A model generated the notes under the pieces. That model had not been told where the DNA came from. It searched no databases and saw only the letters and a program-made list of their open reading frames with translations. 64,000 bases of DNA from Blepharisma stoltei ATCC 30299 (taxonomy: Eukaryota > Protista > Ciliophora), in contig CBFDEM010000046.1 of the NCBI GenBank assembly GCA_965603825.1, positions 620,001 to 684,000 of the forward strand, in the 5' to 3' direction. The translations under genes and the position numbers were made by a program. This document shows positions 47,367 through 60,625 of the stretch, one piece after another; position 1 is the stretch's first letter, and the number at the start of each line of letters is the position of its first letter.

Positions 47367-48251
47367 CTAATTGTGGCATTTATTTTTTTTCAAAGCAATT
47401 TCAATTAACTGCATCTTCTGCTTAGTTTGGGATATAAATGCATCTATTGTAGATATTTTATTGTATAATTCGAGCAATTTTTGTCTCTTTGCTCCAGAAT
47501 TATCGACCTGACTTTTCTTTTCAGTGAAATTAATTTCTTTTAAATGACTTTCGAGTTCATTTATTTGGGATTCATTTTTCTTAATTTGATTAATTTGACT
47601 AGGGTTCATAAGAAAAGAGTCGATTATGTCGTCCTCTTTCCAAGATTTGCCTTGATAAAGTATTAAATCTTTTGACTCTAATGAAAAATTTAACTGACTA
47701 TGCATGCTTTCTATAGTTGAACTTCCCATTGGGTTTCTCCTTCTCTTTAAAGTACCATAAAACCGATTTTTTATATCAATAGCAATTTTCCCAGGTAAGA
47801 AGGTAGATATTTTTTTCCAGTTTCCTCCATACTTGTTATATAACTCAAAAATTAAGCTATCCTCCTCTTTTGATCATTTTGGTTTTTTCTCGTATATATT
47901 TGTTTTTTCATTTTTCTTTTGACAGTAAATTTCTGGTTTTGCTCTTTCTAGAGAACCATTTAAAATATGGTTTAAAGGAGTTTTATCCAGATTTTCTATT
48001 TCCTTTTCTCCAATATTTAATTCTGGGATTCTAGAAATTTCATCTTCTGAAGAATTACTTGATAGTTCTTCAAATTCTGACGAGGAGATTGATCTTGGCT
48101 CTAATGAAAGCGATAATTGAGATATTCTTGATTCATAAGAACGAGGGGCAGATTCTTGTCATTTGAAGTCTTCTATGCATAAGGTGTTAATAATTGGGAA
48201 ATTGCTGTCCCAATAATCAGAAGCATTTTCCAGTGCCGGTAGCCAATCCAT
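47367..48251 (-). CDS. Myb/SANT-domain protein
   Basis: KPK-W(TGA)-SKEEDSLIFELYNKYGGNWKKISTFLPGKIAIDIKNRFYGTLKRR; ATG at 48251. Confidence 0.88.
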
Positions 48252-48880
48252 CTTATCCTTCTAAAAAATGTTTATTCCACAGAGTTTTATAAAATTACAG
48301 TCGAGATTTATTTGTAAATTATGGATTAATGAATGTTAAAAATTAGCCAAAGCTTATTATTAAACAGCAGTGGAAAAAATATAATTCAAAGAATATGGAA
48401 ATTAGTGATATTCTAATATTTGTATGCTAAAAAATGATCAGAAATGAGACTTAACGACTCCTAAATATATTTTTATCTCAGCCAACAAAAAAATAATAAT
48501 TATAAACAAGCTGAATTGGTTGAGCTTTATAGTTAAAAAATAATCAATCTCTTATCACAAATTTAATGAAAATTTGTCCTTGAATTTGAGGTAGCGTCAA
48601 TTTAGTTATTGAGGTTTCATCTGCTATCAATAATATTAAATCTAATATTAATGCGATTATTAGTTTTTTGAATAATTTATTGTTGAGCAAAATAGGTATT
48701 AAGAGACATAACTGGCCTGTGAAAAGTAAAAATAAATAAGGCAACCACAAATTAAGGAATAAGCAGGGATGGTTTACTGAAAATAAATGCTTAATTTGAT
48801 GTTTTGTAAATAAAATTATTAAGTTAAATAATTTCCAATAAATATGAAGTTTCATATGTGCAGCCCAAGTGCTCTTCTGA

Positions 48881-49390
48881 TTAGTTTATTGTGTCATATT
48901 GCTTACGAATAATTTCTGTTTTTTGCAGTAACTTTTTGTATTCATTTGCATGAGCGATTCTGATGCAGCAAATAGCGAGGATTCACAAACAAACCATTAC
49001 ATAAATTCCTCATATTATAGTAAAAATCATTGCTACCAATAAACAATTTTCATCATCTTCACATAATTCACTTGTATTATAAAAAATCTCAAACTCTACA
49101 AGCGCGACAATCAATTTATAAAGAAAATACAAATCGATTGCAGCGCATACTATCGATAGAATAAAATAAATTTTCAATCAAATCGGCTTATTTGTTTTTG
49201 TTGATATTACTCCAGCTAACAAAGGTGTTTGTGTAAGAATTGTAATAATGATAGCTTCAAATGTAAAATTACCAATTAGCATTAATATAGCTATAGGCCA
49301 ATAAATAAGCAGCAAAGACATGTTTTCTGTATACACTAAATTCCTGGCAGCCTCCAATTTTTCTTTATGGACGTCATCGTATTCAGCCAT
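48881..49390 (-). CDS. Small multi-pass membrane protein (169 aa)
   Basis: ORF 49178-49390 continues through three TGA to TAA at 48881; four hydrophobic segments. Confidence 0.75.
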
Positions 49391-49434
49391 AGCTTATTTT
49401 TTATTCCATTTTATTTAAAAATTAGCAAATTTAT

Positions 49435-50643
49435 TTAACTGGTTAGCAGATTTCTGCCTTTATGCTGAAAACTTTCATTTGGCTTCTCTTCTGGAGGCTT
49501 AAAAGGAATCTGTTGAAGCATTTCATCTAAATTAATCAATTTTTCATCAGTATGCTCCTCATCCTCATTTTTCGGAATTGTTGCAAATTGGCTTGCTCGG
49601 TATGGAAATAGCTTCTCATAAAGCATAATTAAAACCTGCTCATTAGATATAAGAAGTTCTAATATTTTTCGCTTATCTCCAGGGGTAAAATGATCTTTTG
49701 TATCTCTTTCAGTAAATTTTGATTTTTTGCCAAATTTTTGATTAAGAAGTGTTTTTGCTCGTCTCCTTAAAACTTCTTTTCTGACTTCTTCTACACATTC
49801 TAAGAATAAGCTTTCTGACTCACTTTTTTCTAAAAATACTGAGGTTTGTTGGGCTGTGATATTTTGAATTTTCTTTTTCTTATTATCTAATGTATTTTTA
49901 TAATGCTTTATAGCTTCATTGTATTGTTTTTCCTGGTTCAACAAATAATTTTCAATTTCTACATAAAAAGACCCATCCTTAATCGAATATTTTTGCAGTA
50001 AATCTAAAACTACAATCCCATACTTTGAAACTGGAGAATAATTTTTAATACTCGCTACTGATTCATTATGTATAGGCTCTTTTTGTGTAATAAATGACTC
50101 CTGAGGCTCTTCAATTTCATCTTTTATTATTGATTCTCCTTGCAGCAGCTTTATCTTTCTCTTCGCTGTTTTCAGCTGAGTCTCCAAGAATTTCCTATCA
50201 TCTTCTAAACTTTCTGCCTTTGCTTTCCATTTATCAGCTTCTTTTTTATAAAATTGTGCGCTTTCCCCAAGCTTAACCGCTTCTTCTCTGAATCATTCCA
50301 TTGATTTTTGTAGCCTATTTATTTGTTCATCTCTCTTAATCTTAAGCTCATTTTCGTCAGTTTTTTTCTTCAACTCTTTGAGCTGGGCATACAAATTATA
50401 CATTTGGCACTTAAAAGCGTTTAAAAAATCCTGCTCGTGACGCTGAAGAACGCCATCTATATGAGTATCTAATGTGGAGATCTGGGATTTGATTGCTGAA
50501 TAATATTCGCTGATTTTATCTTGATTGTTGCTATCTTTACTTTGTTTTCCAAGCTCAGTGAGAAAGGCTCGGTCTAAAGTAAGGGATGGGAGCCGTAACG
50601 GGCTTTCGTCACCAAAAAGTCTTTTTGAACTAAGCTCGGCCAT
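49435..50643 (-). CDS. Coiled-coil protein (possible cilia/basal-body protein)
   Basis: ORFs join at SME-W-FREEA; C-terminal LFLECVEEVRKE..DKRKILELL motif. The functional guess is weak. Confidence 0.8.
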
Positions 50644-50981
50644 TGTTTAAATGAAAATTAATTCATGTGTTTACAGTAAACTTATGATGAAAGAACACTG
50701 ATTTAATAAAATTTAAGATCTTCTTAGTTAAGGATGCTTGAAATAGATTTTTTAAATTTTTTAATTAAAATCTGCTTCAAATAAGTGGAATTATATCTTT
50801 ATTTAATAGCAACTCCAACTAACAGTTTTCATCTATAATATCTATGTCAGAATAATCGAAATCATAAATAGTAATCCCATATAATCATTTATCTCACTAA
50901 ATTATCAATTCAGTAATTTTATTCCCATTAAAAAAGCAATAATAAATCAATCCATCTAATACAATTTTCAGTTAGTTTTAA

Positions 50982-51908
50982 ATGGAAAAATATTTACCCG
51001 TCAGCATAAGTGATGCTACACGAAGCAACACAAATTCTTCTTCAAAACTCAGCAGTTCCCACATACAGATACACCCAAACAAAGGAATCCAAATGCACGC
51101 CCTAATTCAAGCTCGAAAGCACCTGGATAATCAAGTTTTACTACTCCAAAACCGCATAAAACACTTAGAGACAGAGCGCTGTAGGTCTGAACGCACCATT
51201 GAGCTTGCCAAAACTATGACGAAAAAGCGGCAAGAAGTCAGAAAAAAGGCCAACGATGACAAAGATCTCCAAACGCAAAAGAAAATAAATTCTACCAAAG
51301 ACTTAGATAACAAAAAGAGGATTGTTTCCGAAGAAAGGGAAAAAAGGAAAGAAAGTCTGATGCAAACAAAGCAAAAATTATTTTTGGAAAAGAAAAGAGC
51401 AAGCTCTTCAGTTAAAAATGAAAAAATGATGAACGAATCAGTGAGAAAAGAGAAGGAAGAACTCAATCAAAGTATAACAAAAAATAAGGCAGAAAGGATT
51501 TTGAGTGAGTTTAGGAAAAAAAAAGAAATTCAAGAAGAAAGAGCCAAAAAGCTTAAGCTTGAAGCTGAATTAAAATATATTAAAAGAATAGAAGACGAAA
51601 CAAATTATCAAGAAAATGTAAAGCAAAAAATAAAAGAACTGGAATCTTTAGAAGAAGAACTCAAAAAAAGCCTGAAGCAAACTTTACTAAAAAAAGAAAG
51701 CGTCATGAAGCAGATGGGCTCTCATTCCTTGAACTCCACGTTTTACTCCCAAAACTGATTTTCCCATTCCCCTTTAAAGCGGCCTTATATAGCAACTCCG
51801 AACCCCGAGGAGCAATTTTTGGACGAAATTTCGATAAATTACATTGAATACGTACCTTTCGATGTCACTGATATAGCAAATGATGAAAGTTTTGTTTTAA
51901 CTAATTAG
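50982..51908 (+). CDS. Coiled-coil hypothetical protein
   Basis: LLQNRIKHLETE and K/E-rich helix; reads through TGA at 51756 to TAG at 51906-51908. Confidence 0.75.
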
Positions 51909-51942
51909 TTACAATTTTATTATTAGAAGTTAGATATAAATA

Positions 51943-52602
51943 ATGTCGATTTATAGCGGATTTGCAACTCGATCTTTAGAGTCAACCTATAATGCCCAGA
52001 TATCAAGACTAATCAGTCTTCTTCATGACCATGTTTATGCAACAATCCGATGCTGTAAACCCCACATAGTGCCATTTGACAATCAATTGTGGATTGATGA
52101 TTTCTCTAAAACTTATCATACAATAGTTAAACTTGAAGACCAAAAATACCAACTTCCAAAATACTCAAAATTCACTCAAGAACTAGGAGAATATTTAAAA
52201 CCAAGGTAAATTCCATTAAGAGCTTCTTTATGTTCTTCTAAGCAAACAAGCACAGCTGATACAGCTTATAAATTAATTGATGAAAAGCTCAGCTTTATTA
52301 ATACATCGATTGGGCTAATAAACACAACTGACGATGATATACTGCCAAATTTGCCAAAAGGAAATGATACTGGCTGTTTTACGAGAATGGCTGATTATTC
52401 TGTGAATGCACAAAGCCGAGCGAAATCAAGAATGCATATTAAAAGAAAATCCCCACATGGAGAAAAAGATTGAAATAGGCATGCTAAAGAATTATATATG
52501 GCACCAATAACAGAAAAAAAGTCAACAAAATTAAAGCACCTGCATAAATACCAAGATGAAGCTTTAATGAGTATTTTGAAGGATCTGTCGAGACATGTAT
52601 AA
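51943..52602 (+). CDS. Hypothetical protein with tiny intron(s)
   Basis: MSIYSGFATRSLESTYN start; the intron at 52206-52220 opens the frame to TAA at 52600-52602. Confidence 0.75.
52055..52069 (+). other. Candidate stop-free in-frame 15-nt intron
   Basis: GTAAACCCCACATAG fits the GTA..A10..AG consensus but is not required for the frame. Confidence 0.5.
52206..52220 (+). other. 15-nt intron
   Basis: GTAAATTCCATTAAG. Confidence 0.8.
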
Positions 52603-52810
52603 CAATTTCATAATAAATTAAATTAATTAATTTATGATTAAATAGAAATTCTAGATATTTAAATAAAAAATATATGCAAATCTGCGTTTTTTGATTTTAA
52701 ATTATTAATAAATTCTTTTATTATACAGCCTGCAAAAATATTTAAAATCTATAATTAAAACACCTCTTATTGTTAGTTTAATTTGAAAATCTTTATATAA
52801 TACATATTTA

Positions 52811-53857
52811 ATGGCAACTGCTCAGCCAATTGTCCATAGATCAAGATTTGCTGAAGAGCTTTTATCTGTCCGATTTAATCAAGACTATTCCTGTTTTTGT
52901 GTTGGAACTGACAATGGTTTCAGGATTTTCAAAAGTAACCCTCTCAAATACTGTTTCCGAAGAGGTAATTTCTAATAAGATTTTTCAGGAGGCATTGGAA
53001 TCGTTGAACTTCTACATCGCTCAAATATAGTGGCACTTGTAGGTGGCGGCAAAACACCTCGGTATCCTCCAAATAAAGTGATTATATGAGATGACCATCA
53101 AATGAGGCCGATTGGAGAGCTAACATTCCGTACAGAAGTAAGAGGTGTTAAACTCCGAAAAGACCGTATTATAGTCGTTTTAGAAAACAAAATTTACGTT
53201 TATAACTTAGAAGATCTCAAAGTTCGTGATAACATACAAACTGCACCAAATCCTAAAGGCATTTGTGCTGTGTCTTATTTAGATGAAAGAATTGTACTAG
53301 CTTGTCCAGACAAAGTCAAAGGAAGTGTCAGAGTCCAAATCTACAACGAAGAAAAATCTGTATCAATCCATGCACATGGGACTGCTATTATGTGTCTTGA
53401 GCTTAATTATGATGGCACTATGCTGGCTACTGCATCTGATAAAGGAACAGTTATAAGGATTTTTAAACCAGATGACGGGAGCTTATTACAAGAGCTTAGA
53501 AGAGGTATCGATAGAGCTGAAATTTATTGTCTAAGTTTCCATCCGTCGTCAAAATGGCTTATATGCTCAAGTGATAAAGGGACAGTCCATGTATTTTCAA
53601 CTGATACCACAAAACATTTAAATCCCAGGTCAGCTTTTGCATTTATGAAATATATACTTAAAGGATACTTTGAGTCTGAATGAAGCTTTGCACAGTTTAG
53701 AGTCAGAGATGCCAAAACAATCTGTGCATTTGGGGCTGTGAAAAATACGATTATTGTACTTAATGCTGATGGCTGCTATTATTTAGCTTCGTTTAACTCT
53801 GATGAAGGAGGAGAATGCCAGCTGATTCACCAAGAGCAAGTAGTAGATATCGAGTAA
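52811..53857 (+). CDS. ATG18: PROPPIN WD40 autophagy protein (WIPI3/4, ATG18 family)
   Basis: [34 protein letters not shown](TGA)-[41 protein letters not shown]. Confidence 0.95.
52965..52979 (+). other. 15-nt intron
   Basis: GTAATTTCTAATAAG; gives [12 protein letters not shown]. Confidence 0.92.
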
Positions 53858-53924
53858 AATAATTTATATGCATATCTATAAATATCTATTAAATTTCCAC
53901 AAAAATCAAATTGACTGAATTAAA

Positions 53925-54539
53925 ATGAATTATGGTCTCTATGACGCATATCAAAGCCAAAAAGGAAAATTCTTTGCCCCATCGCCTCCTAAAAAGCCTT
54001 CAAAATCCTTATTAAAGAAATTCAATGTAATATCCCGTAATATTGATATACATAAAGAACTTAACACAGATAAAATTTCAAATGCAAATCATCATAAATA
54101 CCGACATCGAGGAACTGAAATAGCGGATTCTATTATAGCAAATCTACCTTGTGAAAAAGAAATACCGAATGATAGCTGTAGCTCAGTAAGCTCATATCGA
54201 CTAAAACGAGAATCTTTAACTGGAGTTAACACTCCTGTCGATAAAAGTACATCACCGCCTATACGATTATTCATACATTTGCCTTCGTTAAAAGGCAGTA
54301 GGCCAAATACAAGCTTAAAAAGCAGAAATAGCATTATAGAAGAAAATTCAAAAGATTTAGAAAATACCAATTGGGAAGAGAAAAATAAAGACAATGATGA
54401 TTACGATTTGATTAAAAATAGAGGAAAAGCTGGATATAAAAATAATTTCCATAAGCATACTGCGAGAAGTATTCTGAGTAAACAGATACCAATTATCCAT
54501 TACCAATTATACAAGCCATTTTCTTCACATTTTTCATAA
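53925..54539 (+). CDS. Hypothetical low-complexity protein
   Basis: 204-aa ATG..TAA ORF. Confidence 0.65.
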   Translation: MNYGLYDAYQSQKGKFFAPSPPKKPSKSLLKKFNVISRNIDIHKELNTDKISNANHHKYRHRGTEIADSIIANLPCEKEIPNDSCSSVSSYRLKRESLTGVNTPVDKSTSPPIRLFIHLPSLKGSRPNTSLKSRNSIIEENSKDLENTNWEEKNKDNDDYDLIKNRGKAGYKNNFHKHTARSILSKQIPIIHYQLYKPFSSHFS

Positions 54540-54654
54540 AGTATTTTATGAATTTATCTACTATCCTTACTCGAATTAATTATTTTTAAAATAAATTCTA
54601 TAGAAATAATTTTTGAAACAGACTTTATCTTATTTATCCATTTTTGAAAAATTG

Positions 54655-56808
54655 CTAATTCCACCAAATTTTCTTGACGTCCATTTCGCCAAACTTAGTA
54701 AGGCAACTTGGGCATTTTCTTTTTCTTAAGGCCAAATTGTCGTCAATACATTTTTTGCAGAAAGTGTGGAAACATTTTGTAATGACCACTTCTCGGATCC
54801 TCTCGGAGCACTGAGAGCACCTGATCATTTTCTATATAGGAATTACCCTGTATCTGGTAAGATCTGTATTAAGAATTTCATCTGTTGATCTTAAGTTGTC
54901 AGTATTTATTTCTTTTTTGTGCATTTCTTCTTGCTCAATATATTTTTCTTCAGATTCTTGGAGTTTTATTTTTAATTCAAAAATATCTTTTGCGTTTTTT
55001 TCGCAATGCTGCCTGCCTTTTTCTAAATTTTGTTTGAGTTCTTTATTTAATTCTTCGATTTCCTGGTATCTTTTAATGCTCTCTTCATGTTTTTCTTGGA
55101 ATTCTCTAAGTTTGTGTTCGCTTTTTCTCATCGCTGATTCAAGACTATCAATCATCGTCTTCAATTCGTTATACTGATTTTCTTTTTCTTTTACTACACT
55201 ATTTAGCTGATTAATTAGCTCTTCAAGTGACTGAATCTTCATTTCATAAGCTTGTTTTTCTTTATCATGAAGAGCTTTCCATCCGCTTTCTTTCACCCTT
55301 TCATTCATTAATTGTATATAATTTTGTTCCTGCTCATTAATTTGTTGTGCAAGTGTTTTATTTTTCTTAAGGGATTCTTCATAAGCGGTTCCAGTGACAT
55401 CAAGCTCTTTTATTAAATTTTCATTGGTAGACTGCTCAATTTTTATTTCTTTTTTTAGCTCGTCTATTTGTGCTTTTAGCATTTGGATTTCTTTAGCTCT
55501 TCTATCTTCTCCTTCAACATTTTTAAGAGTTTCTAAAGAATCAGTGAGTTTTTTGTTGGCAGATTCCAGCCTGTATGAGAGCTCACTGTTAAGCCTCCTT
55601 AATTCTTCATTTGAGCTTTTTCTGGCTGTGCATTCTTTTTCAAGAGTCTCAATTAAATTTAAATAATGTGCTTGATTTGCAGGCTCTTTACTAGCTGATT
55701 GCAAATTTTCTAATTTACTAGCCAAAGCATTTTTTTCATTTTCAATAGCATTGATTTTTTTATTAAGCTCATGTATTTGCTTCAATAAATCCTCTCTTTT
55801 TTCCTCCTCTCTTTTCCTTATTTTATAGGTTTCTCTACTGATTTTATCATCATAATCTTCTTTATATTTATAAAGATCGTCATTCGTATCCCTATATCTA
55901 TCAAGCCTTTTCTTTAAAGTCCTAGCCTGGTATAATATATTTTTAAAGACTTTTGACTGTAAAAGCCGCTCTTCTGATGTTAAATCTTCATACCCTGTTT
56001 TAAATTTCGCTAAAAAATCGTCCTCAAAGCCTTTTTTAAACATGTCTCTTTCTTTGATTATTTGTTTTAGCTCTTCAGTTACCTCGACTACATCTTTGAT
56101 TTCTTCACCATTATTATTTTGATTTCTGGCTCCACACTTGCAGGGGCATTTACAATTTCCATCAGTTTTCGAATTTGAGAGCCTTACATTGAGCCGTTCA
56201 TTTAGGCTGCGTAAATCTTCATTTAAATTGGTTAAATTAGAAATTTCCTGTGTTAAAGCATTTTTAGTATCATTAAGAACGCTAAGTTCTCCTTGGAGCT
56301 CATGTATCTGTGCAGAAAGATTAATGTTTTTTTGAAACAATTCTTCATTATTTACACATGTTTCATGGTGGTTTTGGCTTTTTTTCAAAGAATCAATAAG
56401 CAAGAGAAGCTGCTTAATAGAACCATGGGTGAGTTCTGAGAGCTGCTCTAAGCCTTCTTCATCTTTGAGAATAATGTCAAACGGGCTCGGCTCCATGTTT
56501 GTATCTATTTCTCCAGGCTCATTACTAAAGGCTTGGATAATAGATCGGATATTGCTTATAAGCTATTTATCAAATACCTTTGCTCAAGATGCATTGAATT
56601 TAGATAAAAAAGAAGATATTTGATTGAATTTTGTGGATAACTGGGATTTTTCATTTTTTAGCTGGGAAATTTCAGCTCGCATATCGTGTAATCGTGCAGA
56701 AAGACGAGTAGACTGAACAGAAGGCAAAGATTCCATAAGGGAAATAGCTGCTTCACCGTCATCAGAAATTTTTTGCCGCTTAACAGGTTCCCCCAGTGGT
56801 TCAGACAT
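54655..56808 (-). CDS. BRE1: BRE1/RNF20-40-like histone H2B ubiquitin ligase
   Basis: Long coiled coil with LIKELDVTGTAYEE; after the intron at 54832-54846 a C-terminal RING: CSQC..VVITKCFHTFCKKC..RKRKCPSC..FG..DV. Confidence 0.92.
54832..54846 (-). other. 15-nt intron
   Basis: GTAATTCCTATATAG separates the coiled coil from the RING exon. Confidence 0.92.
56563..56577 (-). other. 15-nt intron
   Basis: GTATTTGATAAATAG; gives NASWAK|LISNIR. Confidence 0.88.
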
Positions 56809-57092
56809 ATTTATATCTGAGGTAAATATATTGATTTATTTAAGATTTATGAAAACTTATAAATGTTACAAGTTAATGATAATTTGAAATATATAAGATA
56901 AAAGTAAACAAGAGAATTTATGTATGCAATATGAAAAATATTTATAAATAATTGTTTGAAGGCTTTAAACTTAAAATATTGGGATTTTTTTATTTTATTA
57001 TGCTAAATTTATCAATTAAATATTTCTATTTTAGTCGAATTTGTGTGTATTTTGAAAGTCTGGTGACAAATTTTAATAATATTTTGATTGAA

Positions 57093-57350
57093 ATGGAGGC
57101 GCTTAAGCACTACAGAAAGATAATGAAAACCTGCAGGAAGTTAAAGGATTATAACTATAGAGAATATTTTCTCAGGATTTCAAGAGACAATTTTCGCGAA
57201 AAATCACTGGATTTATCGAAAATACAAAAAAATATTGAGATGCTAGAAAGACAAGCTGCAGTTCAGTCACTTTATCCTCCACAAAATTCAATTATAGAGA
57301 CATTAAATATCCCTCAGAAATTAGGCATCAGAAATAGAAGTATTAATTAG
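57093..57350 (+). CDS. ISD11: LYR-motif protein ISD11/LYRM4
   Basis: HYRKIMK..DYNYREYFLR..RDNFRE..LERQAAVQSLY; start taken as ATG at 57093. Confidence 0.85.
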   Translation: MEALKHYRKIMKTCRKLKDYNYREYFLRISRDNFREKSLDLSKIQKNIEMLERQAAVQSLYPPQNSIIETLNIPQKLGIRNRSIN

Positions 57351-57589
57351 CCTGAAAGTTATATAACTTAAGATTTATTATAAAAAATCTCCAATATTAG
57401 AATAAGTTTGCTATGAGGTCTCTTAACAAATATTAGCTTTGAATATACACTTTTCTAAATAAATTATAAAATAGCTGCCTTTTGAGATTTTATCTGCTGT
57501 TGAGCGATTCCAAATGACAATTTAATAATCAATATTTTGCTTTAATTATAATATTATTTTGCACAATAATCTTAATCAGGCACTGAAAA

Positions 57590-57844
57590 TTATTGATCTA
57601 TTTTGCTTTCATTATGTTTCCACCCACATCTTGTGCAGATGTCTCCGCTATTTAAAAAGGTGCATCCTTCGCATCGCCATCTTCCATCAGTATCGTCACC
57701 TATTGTATTTGGTCTATTTCCTGCTTTTTGCTGTGATTTTTGCTTCGATTTAGCACTTTTAGTTTTGGTCTGAGCTTGCTTTGTTTCTTCATTTCTGCTG
57801 TGTGCTTGAGTTCTTGAATTTTTCAGTGTGACTACTCTAGACAT
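57590..57844 (-). CDS. Small RanBP2-type zinc-finger protein
   Basis: WRCEGCTFLN....CTRCG. Confidence 0.8.
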   Translation of the reverse strand: MSRVVTLKNSRTQAHSRNEETKQAQTKTKSAKSKQKSQQKAGNRPNTIGDDTDGRWRCEGCTFLNSGDICTRCGWKHNESKIDQ

Positions 57845-58211
57845 TTATATATATAATGTGGATTAATTACCTGAACTATCTTCAAGTCAGGCTTATTAGA
57901 TTTGAAAAATAAATTTTCCTTTTTGGCTCGTCCTCCAGATTTTCATCATATATGGCAAATCAAATCAGCTTTTACTAGAAAATTTTATATATTTTTCCAA
58001 TCTTTCCCCTCAAGCAATAAATTTTTTTTGCCTAAATCAATTAAAGAATTTCAGTCCGCCCTATTTGAAGGTTGCCATAATTAGTTCATGGATGAAAGGA
58101 ATTATAAGCAAGACTTGAATAAAATTTCATAATTATATTAGTCTTACCTTCATATCTAACTGACTGACTTTAAATTTCTTATTTCATTTGATTTTAACCA
58201 CTTAATAAAAA

Positions 58212-60587
58212 ATGCAATCTCAAAGAAAAGTTAAAGCAGCCTCCGATGCGCTCGACCCAAAAACCAGAAAGATAAAGACTTCGATTTTACCAAAAATTTC
58301 ACACCAAGCTCAATTAGATTACTTAGATATTACTAGTACAACTCAGGAGCCTTCTAATTGCGTTTTTTGCAAACGTTCAACTCCTACTTTGCTACAACTT
58401 CCCGCAAGCATTTTTATTAACATAAAGGGCCTAGCACATAAGGCATGCATTGAATCAAAAGGGTGTTTTATATGTGGAGAAAGTGGCTTGTTATATCAAT
58501 GTAGTATCAGAGATTGCTCCCAATTCGTTCATAAGTGGTGCTCAATTTATCATCATTTTGCTAAGCATGATGTCAAAGATGATATGCTTCATTGTGACAT
58601 TCATAATTCTGGATTTAAAAGAAAAGACTCTTATAAGTACCCTAACATCAGAAACCAATGCAAAAAGATTCTTTATAGCAGAATCTGGCAAAGTGACTAC
58701 AAACAGAAAGATTCTCCAGCATCTCTGTGCAATGGTTACATCCTATGATACATTATTGGTGTCGAATATTTCCCGCAAGGCTTTAATCTAAGCAGCATTC
58801 CTGAATTTCCATTAATGAGTGGTGCCAGTCTTGACTATATTTCGTTCTCTTTAAAAACCAAACCTAAGCCAGCCAAAAGTCCAAGTTTCATTGATTCCTT
58901 AATAAAATATTATGATACTGAACATAAAAATGCGGAAAAAGAGTTACAGCCTATTATTCAAGAAATTCAAGATGCATTATTTTTGAAAGATAAAACAAAA
59001 AAAAATTCTGGAATTTCTGAAGAAAAAATCCATGCTGAACTAGCAAAATTAGATCTAGGCACTATTCAGCAAGATTACATGCATTATTTTGAGGAGTCTG
59101 CATTAACCTTGTCAAGCAAAGAAAATGGGTTTTCGTCATTAGGGTTGAGGAAGAATTTAGAAAAAACGCAAAATGAAGGCTGTTGGGTGTGCTCTGAAAA
59201 TACTAATGAAGAGGCTGATCCGCTAATAAAATGTGTGAAATGTGGCATGGAAGTTCATATGAAATGCTATGGAATTTCTGAAAAAATTAATGACTGGGTC
59301 TGTGAGCCTTGTCTATTATTATCTCCAGATAGACGAACTTTATGCCAATGTGCTCTATGTCCTAAACCTGGAGGTGCTTTGAAGAAAACAGTTCATATTA
59401 ACAATAATTCAAACCATTTTCCAAATTATTCACCATTGAAATTAAACAAAGGAAAAACTGATAATTTTGTTTGGGTTCATGTATTTTGTGCACTAAGAGT
59501 TGAAAAAGTCCATATTTCTAGCCCATCAAAATTAGAAGAAATTGATATATCAAAAATTAACAATATCTGTTATTCCTCTATCTGTGAAGTGTGCAAAACT
59601 ACCAATGGAGCTTGCGTATTTTGTAGCTTCAAAGGCTGTATAAAAGCATTCCACCCTGAGTGTGGGAAGGATCATTTCGCTACAAAGCGCGGCTTTGGAA
59701 AACACAAAATTTATTGTGCGCTTCATAAGCCTTTGCAGTTAAGAAAAATGCTTGAAACAAGGCAAAAAAAAGTGACTGATGATATTTTCAAATTTTATAA
59801 AGCAATAGAAAAATGGGAACAAAATGCAAATACAGCAACACAAAGAGGCATCAAAAGAAAAAGAGAAAAAAAATTATTGGCACAGCCATCAAAAATTTTT
59901 ACAACAATTGAAGACCAAAATTTGGAATTTAAAATCCAAAAATATTTGCATAAATTAAATGTGGGACAAAATAGACCATTTTTTATTCATATAAATTTGA
60001 CAGCGTCGACGAGAAAATCACGTGTTGACGTTGATAGACCGCAGTATTTTACATTGATCCATCCAGAAGTAATTTTGGAAGAGTCCATTGCGATAGAAAA
60101 AAGGACGCCAGAAGAGTGCTTTAAGAGATACCAAGACACGCTTTATACAAGGATAAAAAATGATATTTTATTGAGAGGAGATCGGCTATCAATTTATTAT
60201 GGCCAAAGCATTATGCCAGGCTCCCTTAAAAAAGTCAGGCCAGCTGGCAATAGAAATTCCTATAAAGGATCCCATCAAAAATCCCAAGCAAAAAAGCTAA
60301 AAAAACTCGTCCCAAAGCCTGTCATAAGCAAAGACACATATTGCTACTGCAACAAGCCTTTTTATTACCAGCTTCCATGGCTTCCTGAATGGTCACAAGA
60401 AGAATATGAAACCAAAATAAAAGAAAACGAAATGATAGAATGCCCTCAATGCGAAAGATGGTTCCATTTCGGTTGCATTGGATATGTTGGAACCCTTGAA
60501 CAAGCCCAATGTGATGAAGACTGACTATGCAATGACTGCTCTCTAAAGAAGCAAAAAGCCATTGAAATGTCTACAACAGAAGAATAA
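58212..60587 (+). CDS. Multi-PHD chromatin reader (PZP module, JADE/BRPF/Nto1-like)
   Basis: CWVC..CVKC..VHMKCYG..WVCEPC; CALCP..GGALK..WVHVFCA..CEVC..GAC..C..FHPEC..YCALH; terminal PHD closed by W(TGA)LCNDC. Confidence 0.9.
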
Positions 60588-60625
60588 TTTTGAAAAATTT
60601 AAAAAAGAAATAATTAAATAAATAT

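Noticed and set aside
48544-48855. 103-aa hydrophobic ORF
   Set aside because: Very AT-rich L/I/F/K/N composition typical of chance ORFs; ends at TGA (not a stop here); the upstream gene is already complete at 48881.
56952-57092. N-terminal extension of the ISD11 ORF from a TTG start
   Set aside because: AT-rich spacer sequence; homology begins at ATG 57093.
58641-58648. CCCTAACA telomere-like octamer
   Set aside because: Single copy inside a coding region; no tandem telomeric array.
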